Source: Entomortierella parvispora E1425
Taxonomy: Eukaryota > Fungi > Mortierellomycota
Length of the DNA stretch: 64,000 nucleotides
NCBI GenBank assembly: GCA_020891255.1
Contig: BQFW01000010.1
Span: 1,736,001-1,800,000, forward strand
Direction: 5' to 3'
A program made the position numbers and the translations under genes. Of this stretch, positions 42,559-56,013 are shown piece by piece. Under the pieces are notes generated by a model. The model had not been told where the DNA came from and searched no databases. It saw nothing but the letters and a program-made list of their open reading frames with translations. The first letter of the stretch is position 1; each line of letters begins with the position of its first letter.

Positions 42559-43770
42559 CTAAAATCGCTCAATGGATCGGCGCTGAGGGTGGTGATAGGG
42601 AGAGAATCGAAGTCCAGAAGCCTCGCGGCTGACCAAGCTGTCCTTGGAGTTGTGAGTGTCAGAGAAAGAGGAAGAAGTAAAGTCATCCAGGGTCGAGTTA
42701 TCGCCTGTAATCATGAATGCGGCGGCCATGGCTTCCACAGACGCGAGATCAATCGTAGCGGCATTGGTGGCATTGTTGTTGGTGATGGTGTCGGTGTTGG
42801 TATTGGTGCTGTTGTTCTGGTGTAAGGCGGCGGGGCGCCATACAGGGAATGCAGGCGAGGTCTCCACCTGTGCTACCAAAGCAGGCTTGTCGGAGGCATT
42901 GGAGTTGTGGAGAGGGTCGCAGAGTCTATTTCCAGTGTTCCCAGGAAAGCCCAGGAGCCGCTGCTGCTGTTGGTGCAGCTGCTGCGACCTTTCCTGTTGG
43001 AGTTGCTGCTGCGGCTGCGGGTGGCGAGCTTGAATTTGAGCAGAGGGGCGTCGGAGTTGATTCTTGGTCCTGGACGAAGATTTTTGAGCGTACTCGACCA
43101 ATTTGGTCTTGGCCTTTTGACGCATGTCCTCGTCGCGGATGAGCAAGAAGGCAAGGATGCGTCTCTTGCCCTGGTCCCAGGATTGAGTCACAGCACGAAA
43201 GAGGGCTTTGCAGTCGGATGAGGACCAGTCCGAGCCGATCCAGCGGAGGACTGTCGCCACATCCGCAAGAGGGTATTCCAAGCAAAGAGGACGCAGGCGA
43301 AGCGAAATGTAGTCGAGGTTGGAGGGGTTGTGAATCCACGTCAGGAAGCAAGTTCCATGGCTGTTATCCATGTCCTGGATTGCACTGGAAATAATATTGG
43401 GTAGAGCTCGCTTCCCGCCAAGATCAGAGGTGTTGCCATCCACCTGAAGGCGGGGGTCGTCTCTCAGGAGAGAGGTTTGGAGACTATCCTCAAGACCCGG
43501 CTTGGCAGCCGAGGTAGTGCCATTGTTGTCAGGAGCGCCAGAAATGCCCTGGATGGAGAGGTGAGCGGCAGCCTTTTGAGCTGTGATGGAGTAGCGAATC
43601 GAGGAAAGGGTGCGGTACTTTGTGGAGCGGGGGGAGGCGGTTGAAAGCTCTGTCGCAGGCCGCAGCCAGGACAGGGCCGAGGGAGGGGTAAGGGTGTTGG
43701 TGTGTTCAGTTGGATGGTCGCTGTAGGGTGTGAAGTTGGGAAGGGGTGTGTGTGCAGTTGCGAGGGTCAT
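42559..43770 (-). CDS. Intronless hypothetical protein (~403 aa)
   Basis: A 1.2-kb ORF with ATG at 43770. A central helical-looking segment (FLTWIHNPSNLDYISLRLRPLCLEYPLADVATVLRWIG...) is flanked by Q/N/T-rich low complexity. No family recognised. Confidence 0.65.
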   Translation of the reverse strand: MTLATAHTPLPNFTPYSDHPTEHTNTLTPPSALSWLRPATELSTASPRSTKYRTLSSIRYSITAQKAAAHLSIQGISGAPDNNGTTSAAKPGLEDSLQTSLLRDDPRLQVDGNTSDLGGKRALPNIISSAIQDMDNSHGTCFLTWIHNPSNLDYISLRLRPLCLEYPLADVATVLRWIGSDWSSSDCKALFRAVTQSWDQGKRRILAFLLIRDEDMRQKAKTKLVEYAQKSSSRTKNQLRRPSAQIQARHPQPQQQLQQERSQQLHQQQQRLLGFPGNTGNRLCDPLHNSNASDKPALVAQVETSPAFPVWRPAALHQNNSTNTNTDTITNNNATNAATIDLASVEAMAAAFMITGDNSTLDDFTSSSFSDTHNSKDSLVSREASGLRFSPYHHPQRRSIERF

Positions 43771-46700
43771 GGTGGGCAAAGGTTAGAGAAGTAGAGCAAA
43801 GATGTAATGAATAGAGAGGAAAGAAAAAGAAGTGAAGAACGAATGCATGCACACATGCAGTGCTCTCTGCTCCCAAGAGTCAAGACTCATCGATAGGTCA
43901 TGTGATTGCAATGATTCATTTGTACGGAGAGCGGTAGGCCAATCAGGTGGCTCGGATTTTATCAATTTTGTCTTACCCACAGCAGCAGGCGTGATCAATC
44001 TACACGTGACCGATGACTCGTGTTTTGCACGCACGTAAACCATGGAGTTGCACTGACTCACTCAACACACGCACCATGCTAGCTTCGCTGCACGACAAAC
44101 TCAAGCTGCAACCCTGCAACCTTACTTCGTGCCGAAGTCACTCTCAGAATCAATAAAGGAAGCTGACGGGATAAGCGCGAAACGAAGCTTTGTTTTCTTT
44201 TTTTTTTTTTTTTTTTTTTTGGCTGTGCGTCTGCGCCTTCGATGCACGCACTACTGACATGATCTGTGCTCTTTCAATCGGAGGCACAAGAAAGGTCAGC
44301 GGCTTTATCCTGACTCTTTTCATGTCAATCGGGGACTTGCACCTGGAGGCGTGCCGATATTCATGGATGATGGCAAACAAGCAGGCGAAAACAAATAAAA
44401 GATAACGACTAGAAGATGCTTCCTACGCAACTGTTTAAAAAGAAGGAGCGCGAAAAAGGATCCAGTTTGGGCCGCTTTTGTCAAACCTGCGTCCAACTGT
44501 CAGCCTGCATGCATTGTTTTGCGCCCTTGTCAAAATAGTTCAGGATGTGGCACCCACACCATGGTGGACTTGTCTACCGAACATGCTCGCTCTGCTGGTG
44601 AGCGCTCAGCACTGCTGCAATGGAATTGTCAAGAGCAAAAAAAACAAAAAGTTGCAAGAGCAATTTGACCTGCGGCGGGATCCAAAATTGAGGCAAGCGA
44701 AAAAAAAAAAAATGTGAGCGAGACGGGCTTCAGTGTGTGTTTCCTTCGTTGTTCCCCTGCTGCTGCTGCTGCTGCTGCTGCTGCACCTGCAGAGGACCAT
44801 CGTGGAACTCTATTAACAAACATTGCCCGAGCGTCGCACATGTATGCTGGCTACTACTCCTCCCCAGGTCAATGCCGTCTTCCAAGAAGCAGTCTGCCAG
44901 CAGGCATTGAAAAAGTCAAACGAACGAACAAACGAATGTTGGCTTCCAATCCATGGTACCTTTTTCAAAATGTTCCATCGTCCAATGGTGGCCTTTCTTC
45001 CTCGGCACAAACGCCGTATTTGTCCACCCAGGTACCTTGATGTAGTACGTGTCCTGCCGTCTGTTAGACGGGTAAAGAATTGATAAAGACAATTGCACAA
45101 TCCATCTCAAAAAAAAAAAAAAGAGAGTGAAAAGTTGAGCACTGCAGGTGGGCGAAAGAATATTCTGTCTGAACGCGATCGACACGGGAGAGTAAAAGTC
45201 AGACTCTCCCTCTGACCCACCTTTCTCGATCTCGGATATTCCCCCTTAGTTCATGCAACTGGAACATTGCAGGAAAGAGGGGTCAGGGAGAGACATGGGG
45301 GTGAGGGATGGGGGGGAAAGAACAGCCAAGGAGAGGTCGTGAGTGAGCCAAGGGGCTGATGAAGGGAATATCTGAATATCAACACAGCTACTCCTCGCGC
45401 ACCAGTCTCGGCCACTGGGCCATTGCATTCCTCTTTCTTTCTCCTTGGGGAACTCAAGGGGAGAGCGGTAGCCAGAAACAAAGGAACGGGGTGATGAGCG
45501 GGATAACTGCATGATTGTGGGATCCGCGCAATGCGTCTCCCCATCAAGTTAAAGCAACTGGAACCACACTCAACCCTCGCACTTCAATTGCTTCCCTCTC
45601 CTTGCTTCGAGCTCATCCCTGATTTTTTTTTTTTTTTTTTTTTTAAAAAAAATGTCGCGCCATGGAACCAATTGGCTCATAGATATTCCTGGCAGTAAGC
45701 ATCTGGACAGATTGTTCGGCGAACAGGCAATGAAGAAATCATCCCCGGCACAACAGGGAAAGACGATGGAGGTTTTGGTCTGTTTTCGACATTTTGTTTG
45801 CCAGTTTGTGCCAGTTTGTGTGTGTCTGTCTTGGGTGTTTGTGTCCTTTGTTTGTCCTGTGCTCCTGTCTCCTGGGAGGATGGCGACGGGAGCGGACTAC
45901 AAATCTTTGAGGTTGTCTTCCCGTGCTACTGTTCATGCATGTCAATGCAAATCAATGCAAACAGACACAAGAACAGCTACACAACAACAACAAAATAAAA
46001 CAACAACGACAAGGGAACCACTCCATTTTGCAACCGGAACATGCTCTCAATCCATGTCTGTCTCTCTGGAGGCTTTCATTGTCGGAGACGCGAACCTCTT
46101 TAGTGCAAGTGCGAATGAATGTATCCGTTTCTTGTACATGTATGGGCATCTTTTACAGGTCTACCGCACAAGAACATGTCTACAGCAACTGCGGTCCATG
46201 GTTGGGAAGGGGGGGGGCATCGCGGGAATGCAACGGGCTGGAGGTCGATCCGCACAGGCATGCACATGTCGTGAGGATAGAAGGATCGGTTGCGGAGCAG
46301 ATCGCTTCCTTGCGTCTTCCTGCTGTTACTTCTGTTGCTGCATCGACCTGTAGGCTCAGCAAACACGAACAAAGGCAACGCAAAACAATAATACGTCGAA
46401 GCCAAATACACTTTATGACTCTATTATTCAGGGTCAACTTTATTGGAGGCAAACCCACAACGCGTCTGCAGATGGTGTGTCGATCCGACAAGAAGGGCTT
46501 TGGAGGCAGAACTATTGTCATACAGTTGTTGGATACTACCGATGCGACAAGAAATATATGAACTGGTCACTCTTGGCTCCCGTTTTGTCCTTTGTCTTTG
46601 TCACCGCACAAGCACAATGAAACCGACCACTCATGGTGGCGCACTGCACTATGTACAACCTTGGGTACATGTCCACGGACGGCTCGCGGGACGTGGAGAA

Positions 46701-47707
46701 TGCAACCAATGGTGTTCTTGGAATCAATCGTCGCTTGCGCTCCCAAGGTTTGCCTCTTTCTCTCTTAAACAGAAGACTCGCGATTGGGCAAAGCGTATGA
46801 TTTCTTTACCCACCCTCGCCCAGCAGAACTAACAGGAAATTGAAGGAGAGGAGGATCATGGACATTCGCTGGCACCTTCGGTGTGGTCGACAGTCCACTG
46901 TCCGAGCCAATGACTCGGAGTAGCAAGGCAGATTCTCGTGGAAGGCTCCTTGGCCTTCTCCTCCCCCATTCTCGTGTGCTTTTCTCCCTGACGACCCCTT
47001 TCTATCGCGCTGCTCTGACAATGCAGCGGATCCTGTGAAGGACGGCACCTTTTTTTTTATCTCTTTGCGTTGGGACAGGAATGTCGTCGTCCCATGTCCC
47101 CTCTTTCTCCGATCGAGACCCATCTGGACTCTGTTAACCCTTTTTTTTTTTTTTTTTTTTTTTGACTCCTGTTGCTGTGCAAAGCCATGCAGCACTATCG
47201 CAGTGTATTCATTTTTGGTGAACAAATAGTCCATTCAATTGTGGTTTTGATTGAATTAGAACAACACTCTGAGCAGCGGTCCTGACTCTTGCGCGAACGA
47301 CAGACAAACGGAGGAAGGAATACTTGTTGTCGACATGACATGGTTGTCCCTGCATTGCCCCCGGGAGGAAGAATAAAGACTGCATCTCTGGATCACCCAC
47401 CCTCTGAATCTCTTGCTCACTCTTACTCAATTTCTCGCACTCTGGTCTGCTCATCGACGACAAGAACAAACGGGCGGACATGTGTCGTTGCTATAATTAC
47501 AAGTGAAATTCCAACGAGCAATTACACGAGCAGCAACGACACATCGGTGCAATTACCGACCAGAACAGAGAGTATAGAACTGAGCAAAGGAGGAAGAGCC
47601 ACAGCGATGAGAAGAGTTTATCTGACTGTTGGATACTTGACTATATTTATGTGTGTACCCAGCAACGCTGAGCGAGTGAAAGCACAGAGAAGGAAAAAAA
47701 AGCTGAG

Positions 47708-47711
<4 letters not shown>

Positions 47712-47738
<27 letters not shown>

Positions 47739-47756
47739 TGTGTGTGTGTGTGTGTG
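47712..47756. repeat. Compound (GA)n(GT)n microsatellite
   Basis: A GAGAGA... run is followed directly by GTGTGT...; a (CT)n run also lies near 48228-48270. Confidence 0.9.
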
Positions 47757-48224
47757 CTGTTTGTGCGTCTGTAAGAGAGGTGCTCATCCTTCATCGATCC
47801 ATTCATTCATCCACTGATACTCGGATATGTGCTCACAAGTTGAATTCCCTCTGTCTTCTTTGTTTCTCTCTGTCATCGATCAGATCGCATCCATTTTATT
47901 GTTCGTGGCTATTCTTCCTGTAGTACTGACGAGTGCGGTGCAGGCAGTGAACGGGGAGAAGAATGAAAGGCCTGAGGGTGGATACCAAGGGTGACCACGC
48001 CATGGTAAGAACATGTAGTCTACCGACAACCGACTGAATAGACATGCAGCTCGCCGGCACGTCAATGGTCGTCCGCTCTTTATCTGTCAAGCCAAGCCAA
48101 TTCAACAGAAAAAGACTATAAAAAGATGCGGCCATCTCCATCCCATCTTGCGCTGTTTTTCTTTTCCTTCTACCTCTTTCCTTTCCTTTGTCTCTCCTTT
48201 CTCTTTTCTTTCCTTCTCTCTTCC

Positions 48225-48273
<49 letters not shown>

Positions 48274-50567
48274 TTGTCTCCTCCATCATCCTCTTCCTCG
48301 TCTCTTTCCTCTTGTCACTTTCCGCACCGCTATCCATCTCTTCTTTTTGTAGTTCTATTTGACTGATCCAGTCCTCTCCCTTTTGTCCCTCCCCGGCCAT
48401 TCTCTGCATCCTCAGCATCCTCGCATACACCTGCATAAATTGCATACAAACACAAACCCCTTGTATCTGCTATTCCCACAGCTCTCCCATCCTTTCAACA
48501 CTCGCACACAACTGTCAACCAAGGACAACGATATCCAGAAGCAAGTTGTATGGTAAAGACGTCCCTCCACTCTCTTTTTCGTTTGCGTCCGTTCATATTT
48601 CGTGTTTATGTGGGTCATCGAGCCATCGGCCATGGAAATGCAACATGTCACCTGCATTGGACCTTTGGCGGAAATGGTGTGCTGATCAAGTTTGGTGCGC
48701 CGATGGGTTTCTGAAGAGTGTGTTTTGACTGCACCTGAATCAGTCTTGACTCGGCTCGACTCGACTCGACGCTTGTTTGTCAGGAGGGAGGAAGAGGGAG
48801 AGAAGGAAAGAATAGAAAAAGTAAGCAAAGACAGAGCAAAGCACAAGCCGACAAGCCAACAAACAAGAGTGGACGAGAAAAAAAGGAGACGGAGAGCAAG
48901 AGAAAGAGAGAGCGAGCTGTGTCCCCTTCCTGCCTGCCCTTCCTGCCTTCTGCCTGCCGGCAACCTGCCGGCCTGCTTCTCCCTCTCCCTTCCTTCGCTG
49001 TCCCCACCCGCTCGCCCGGGAAGATAACAAACAAATGTACGGCAGCAGAACACAATCACGAAACGAACGCGCTTTTTTTTTGCTTCTTCCCTCTTCACAC
49101 GTTCCGTTTCGCCTGTCATCCTCGCTGCCTCCCTTCCTTCCTTCGTTCCTTCCTTGCCCGTTTGTCTGCTTGTTTGCCTGTGCCTGTGCGTACTTGCGTC
49201 CTTGGACTCTTCCCTCTTGTTTTGCGGTTGCGTCGGTGCATCGGGGTGCATCGAAGCAAAATCGCGCACAGCACTGCGTCCTCCCCCCTTCCCTTCTCTA
49301 TTGCTGTTCTCCCTCAGCCTCTCTTCTCTTTTCTTCCCTCTCTTTCTCGTGCCTCCCTGCCACTACTACGCCTTGCCCAGCTGGTCCTGGAACGAAACTC
49401 CCGGTGGGACGAACATTCATTCATTTCAGACAGGGACTTTCAGTCCTGTTCTCCCATTCATTTCAATCTCACCGACGGGAAGGTGCCCATGGGACAGGAT
49501 GGGACAGGATGGGATGGGAATCCCAAAACAGCCATGTCTGCATCCTCGACTGCCCTGTCTTCTCCACTCGACCCAACCCTTCTCTCCTTCCCTTTCTCCT
49601 TCCTTCCCTCCCCTCGAATCTAATCTGTTCGATCCGGATCGTCTCGCTTGCATTCATTTGCCCCTTCCACCCTACATTCCACAAGGCGGCCACTCTTCAC
49701 CAAGTAGGTTCGTTGCCAGCCTTCTGCAACTCCGGCTCCCTTGCCTGAGGACAGCTCACCCAATCCCGGGCCTGTGCTTGCTCACAGCAGCACCTTTCCG
49801 AGTTGAAGCCGGCTCTGCCTCCTCGCCGGAGGGTCGTTTGAGGACCTGCCTTTGTCCTTCTGCTTTACGCCCAACGGGCTGTCTCCTCACCCCACCCACC
49901 CCACCCTTCCTGGCCCACTCTCCTTGTGCCGTTTGTTGTGCGTGGTTCTACCCCACCTTCTTTGCTTTGATTGCTTTGTTTCGCGCACACTGGCTTTGTC
50001 GGCATCATTGTCGGCGTCTTGCTGGAGGTGTCTGTGCTTGTGCCCATTGTTGTCGTTGTTTGTTGTCTTTTGCTGTGTATTATCAGCGAATCCTCTCTTG
50101 GTCCCTCCTGCCTATCAACCTTCTCTGTCACTCTTGTTCTCATCCCTGTCTTTGTCCTGATTATCTCTATTCAAACAACCGTTCCATCTCTAACCGTCTG
50201 CTCAACCCTTTGTCTATTCCCACGATGTAGATATCGTTCCTTCTGCACTCCTCTTTGTTTTTATCTGTTCATGAACTGTAGTCTGGTTGTCTCTCACTCT
50301 CAAAAAGGACTCTATAACGCCAACCGTCTCGCTCTGCAACGTCCGCTGCAGGACCAACAGTCCTCTTCCTTAAAGCTCTGAGCCTCGATTCATCAAGGTC
50401 TATTAGTCCCTCGGCCCCCTTACGCACTGGTCCGCCGTCATCCCTTGTCCAGCCTCCTGGACAATCGTAATTCCCACAGTCTTCCCAAGCTCAGATCCAG
50501 AACCGATCTCATATCTGGTCCTGTCCGCACTCCCTTTCCCACCCAGATCTTCCCAGCAATCTCAATC

Positions 50568-53255
50568 ATGGACAACTCTCCCTGGACAGGCAATTCTCCG
50601 TCTGCACAACCTATCATGGGCTTTGAGTGGTCCCGCGATCAGAATTTGCAGCCATCAGAGTCGATTCCTCGACCTGTCAATCTCCAAGGCGCCTTCCAGA
50701 CCGCGCCTCACCATCACAACGGCAACGGAAGTGGCGCCAACGGTGGAGCACTGATTCACAACCAGCCCTCGCCTTCATCCGTCCCCCCAAGTCACCCAGC
50801 CCAGATCGGGTTGAATGATCAAAGTCTAGGCGGTGGCGGTCTTCATAGTGCAGATGCGGCGGCGTTCAACGCAGGCCAGCTACACCAACACCAGCAGCAG
50901 CAGCAACATCATCATCAACAACAGCAACAGCAACAACAGCAACAACAACAGCAACAACAACGGCACCAGGGAGACATGCCTTCACGTGCTGGGAACTCAT
51001 CATCCCCTCGGGAGGAGTTTCATCATCACCAGCATATGCATCCTGGACAACAGCAGCTTCACCAAGGCCATTCTCCTTACAGCCAAAGCCATATTCACGG
51101 GCATGAATTTTCTCAGGAACAACAACAGCTCCAGCAGCAACAGCAACAGCAGCAGTCTTTCCAGCATCCAGTTTACTCTACCGTCCATTATTACCCTGAG
51201 GCGTCCCAACATGAAGCATATGAACACAGTCGCGCACACAGCGGAGGCCTCGTTGGGCAGCCATATGGACATTCTCAAGACAACCTGTCTTCCTTGACGC
51301 CACCCCCATCAGCTCCAGTACCGACTCACGACTTGCCACCTCTTCGTGCCCGCCTCACAAATACTATCTGGGAGGATGAACGTACCTTTTGTTATCAGGT
51401 TGATGTTAAAGGCGTATGTGTGGCTCGACGCGCAGGTAAGTCCTCGCTCACAATCCTTGGATAGGGTAATTTCGTATCAGCCTTATTCATGCTTTCCTCG
51501 TACTTCTAGACAATAACATGGTGAACGGCACCAAGCTTCTGAATGTCGTGGGAATGTCACGAGGCAAAAGGGACGGGATCCTTAAGAACGAGAAAGGGCG
51601 AATTGTAGTGAAAGTAGGAGCGATGCATCTGAAAGGAGTATGGTGAGTATTGACAAGATATGTCTCGATCCAATTTTTTTCTTCTTCCAAAGGCCTCGCT
51701 AACACATCCCCGCCATTTCCAACCATAGGATACCTCTGGAGCGAGCTGTTCATCATGCCAAAGCGCACAACATAGAGGAAATTCTTCACCCCCTTCTTGT
51801 CAATGATCCGACCCCCTTCCTATACCAGCATCCTCATGGCCCTGTCATGACCTCAGGTATGATCAATGTCATCGATTGAGTACTTTCCTTAACTTGCTTT
51901 TATAGCTTCATGATTCTAACTTTTCGCTCTCCTCCAGATCCAAGATGGACATCTCAGTCTCAACAGCAACAACAACATGATGCGTACCATGATCCCGAGG
52001 ATTCACCAAGTTTGCGACATGCGGATAGTCACGGCAACCACCACTTCAGCCAGAACATCCACGGTGACTACTACCCGCACCCACATCACGGCTCTTTCCG
52101 TGGTCACGGAATAAGCCCACATGGATCTCCAAACGGGAGCAACGGCTCTGTCTCTGGTGGTAAGTCCAACCAACATGACCACGTTGATTCTTCCCGACAC
52201 ATTAAAGTCTATAACGGCTCACTGACAGTTTGCATGGAATCATAGATGACGACCCCAATCTTGTTTCGCCCTTTGACTATCGAGTACAATCATCTATCGG
52301 TGCTGGCGGTTTGATTGGAATCCCAGGTGGAGGATCTTCAGGTGTAGCAGATCTTCGATCAGGAGCTCACCATCCTCCATACTATGGTCACCAGACCAGC
52401 CCTCATCAATACTACAACACTCATGCATCTCAAAAATACCAAGAGCCACTACTGCACCCTGGTCCGCATCAAATTCAGCTTGGAGGACCACTTGCCAATG
52501 ACTCACCTCCGTTAACTACCACGTCCACCCACGGTACGCAATCACGCTATAGAATGTAGTTTGTGCTTCTAGGAGACCCAGACTAATAAGTTGACCACTC
52601 GAATATACCACCCTATTACTCTGCTTCGATCATTATGGCTATGGATGATGTTGTCGTTGTTGTGATTGTTGCTGTGGTTGTAGTGCGGATCCAAGACCAT
52701 CCAGAAGGACTGCCATTCTCAGGGCAAAAGCGTTTATTCAATTTCAGTTGCACACCACATGGACACAAAATGTCTGGTCTGTCTGCATCGTCGGGAACAA
52801 ACACTGGCAACATATCGCCACCGTTGTCTGTAACTCCATCCGAAGGCTACTCACCAATGGCGCAGTATGATTTCCCTGGGCCATTTTCTCCTAGCCAGTC
52901 AGCAAAACGTCCACGACCAGTGGCCAGAGGCAGCTCCAACGATTCATCCATTCATACCACGTCTGGGCGCTTGTATAGTGGTGACGACGGCTTTGGAAGG
53001 ACAAACGATGCTACCAACTTGTTTTCTCAACCGTCAACACCGTCAAGCGCGTATGGATCAACTGGCACAGGTTCTCAGCAACAATACCATTCATATCAGC
53101 CTCAGTATCAACAGCAACAGTACCACCAGCAACAGGACATAGAGGCAGGACGATCAAGGTTCATTCCCGGTGACGATGACCATCCATCAACATTCCGAGA
53201 TATTGTACAGGCAGTGGCACAATCAGGGGGCCCGGTGACATTTGGACGGACTTAG
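50568..53255 (+). CDS. stuA: APSES transcription factor of the StuA/Sok2/Efg1 class
   Basis: Spliced APSES domain: [79 protein letters not shown]. Poly-Q/H tracts upstream. Confidence 0.93.
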
Positions 53256-53671
53256 CCAATACCACGACAGATCAAACCTTGGTCAAGAGGCTGATGACCC
53301 CTAATTGTTTACCCTCGGGCACTGCAGCTCAGAATCCTCAAATAAATAAGATGTATTCACCGCGATCACGACAACCATTACAAACTACCTTGCAGGAGTT
53401 CAGGATATATGATCATAGAATGATAAAGACCTCGTAGTGAATCGTGGAAGAGACAAATAGAAGAAAAGAATCGGTTTTAAAGTAAGCTGTCCTTTCTAAT
53501 TGACATATCTTGACCAGCAGAGCAACACAGCACGGAGCAATCAAACCATGCAATGAGCGGAGCCATTGCCCTCCTGCGTCGTCGTAAATTCAGTGTGCGC
53601 CTAGGCAGGAATGTCCTATTTTATTGAAGGAGTTGTGCAACTACACACTGGGGATAGAAGGCGTTATCAGG

Positions 53672-55000
53672 CTAAATGACGATGAGGGTCCGAATGGCGA
53701 TGCTGTAGCGATTTCCAGCCTGATTCTCCCTCTCCTTAACCGATCTGAATGGGTGACTTAATATATTCGTGAACAACTTACGGTACCAGTCGGCTCTCTG
53801 TAGGAACTGTAAAACAGATCCAAATTGAGGTGTAACATAAGACCAAACGAAGTCACCCTCCGATTCTGGAGTCTCATCTTCCCACTCGAGGGCCTGGCCA
53901 TTATTTTCCAACATCAGGGTGACAAAGCTGGGTTCCTTTGTTCGGGATTCAGAGATCATCGCCATGGTCATCGGGATATGTCTATTGGCATATTGAAAAT
54001 GGTGTTAGGTATCTGAGAGGGAGAGAGCTAGTAAGCGAGGGACTCGAACCCAGAGAAAACATCTGACTATCCTCGATAATAGAACGTTACATCTTTGCAA
54101 GCACGGAAACCGTCCACCAGTTTGGTACGTGTTGCTTTGCCAAGTTTTCCAACATCCTTTAAAATGACCTTGCGGATGTTTGTGTAATCCGGGAAGGCTG
54201 TTTCTTGATGGGCTGTCGGTATTTCTCTTTCTCCAAGGAAGAGGATGCCATGCTTGGCCCTATGAAAAAAAAACCCCCCACTGTGGTGAGACAGTGTACT
54301 TCCCAAGTTTGAGTACTGCACTTAAACACCGCTTACAACCGATCTGCAAGTTCTCGGTGACAGAATGTCTTGTTCTTGGCGAGCATTCAATGCTTAGTAA
54401 AGGCTGGTCCTAAGTGTTTCTTTTTAATGTTTCCCGAAAATATAAAAGGCGGTCTGGTGCTGTCGATCGAACCCGTTTAGCCGTCTGTATCACAAAGGCG
54501 GAGCTCATGTCTGCATCGGAGGCCCTCTTGGATGGAGGGGCAACTGCATCTCGACCAACTGATCCACATGTTGAGATCCTGGGAAGAATTTCGCGGTGTC
54601 CATCCGCCCTGTGAGCTTGGGGCTAGTGAAAGACAGCGTCCCCTCTCTATTCAAGAATGCAAACGCACGCGGATGTCAGCGTTCCAGGCGCATTCCATGA
54701 CTTTCAAGAATCTGTAATACCTGGTCCGCGTAGCGTTTGATCTAGGACGCGGTTGGTCCATGCAGGTGCCTTTTTCGTGGCCGCTTTCGAGATGTTGTCA
54801 ATGATTTTGATCGCCAGCCAGAACGAATCTGCACGGTTTTTTCTCCAGTCCCGGAATTGAGTTGTTAGGCGGAAACGATGTTCACCGCTTTCCTTGCTCT
54901 TGATGAGACGGCAGTAAGCTCTATGGCTCGACCGTCTGTCAACAAAGAGGAACTCTGCCACAAAATCCGTCAATGTGACATTTCAGCCCTTCCCTACTGC
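53672..55000 (-). mobile_element. Possible highly degenerate Ty3/Gypsy reverse-transcriptase relic
   Basis: Broken minus-strand frames contain NIRKVIL...CKDVTF and SVLQFLQRADWYRKLFTNI. These loosely match HVRKVL...KCxF and VQSFLGLANYYRxFI. No intact YxDD and no LTRs seen. Confidence 0.35.
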
Positions 55001-56013
55001 CCACAAGGTGAGGGTCCGAAGCAGATAGTTGACTTTCATGCTGACAGCTAGTTGACTCCCGCTCCAGAGGCTGCTCGAACTGCTTGACCGGGATTTTCAT
55101 GCGATGAGCCGACATTGCGCTGCATGCATGCGAGGACAATTAGTTTTGGTTCAAACTCTCCAAGATGTATACGGACGAGATACCTGCTGACCGAATGCCA
55201 CGATAAAGAACGCAGAGATGTAGGATCAATCACGAACGATTTGGAGCACCGTGAGGAGAGTAATGGCAGGCACGGGCTCTGTTGAATCCTTGTCCTGGAG
55301 TCCTTGACGCGTTGGTGAATGTCCTTCTGGAACGAACAAAAGGCGCGTTGGGAGAGCCGCAGCGCCAGGGTGATTTCATCACGTGATCACCAGCATCAGC
55401 TGCAGTGTCCCTGCATGCTGCATCTGCCCAGGACTCCTGCAGTGGCAACATGGAGCGCATGATGCGGCGCCGTCATCATTGTTAGTTGTTTCTTTCCCTC
55501 CTGTTGAGCATGCTACTGATCAAGTCAGTCAATTGAAGCTGTGTAGATATATAAAGAGAAATAAGGCGCGAATTGTCCTGGAGTCCCCAGGCGCGGACGT
55601 GGCCAGAGGCCTCATGGTCCACGTCTCATGGTTTTGCACACTGTCTGTTTTCCATGTTGTCACTTGATCAATACCGTTTTGCACCTCAACCTTGCATGCC
55701 GGACTACATTTAGAGGTATAGTATGGTTGCATAGGATGCATGCCTGTTTTTGATGTGATAAGGACTGGACAAACGCAAGAAAAAAAACCTTGAGATGGAC
55801 CTCTCTCTCGAGGCCAGGGGCAGCGTCATTGTTGATCAGTTTATTTTTTCTTTTAGGCCCAAACTGTCCTTGCTTTCTTGGTAATTTTGGCCGGCTCTCA
55901 ACATCAGACCCCCTTGTTCCTCTTTCTCCGTCCTCTAATTCACTCTGTCCTCCCTGCAGACTCCAAAATCCGTCTGACACTGTTCCCTGCCCTAAGAACA
56001 TACAAGTGGGGCC

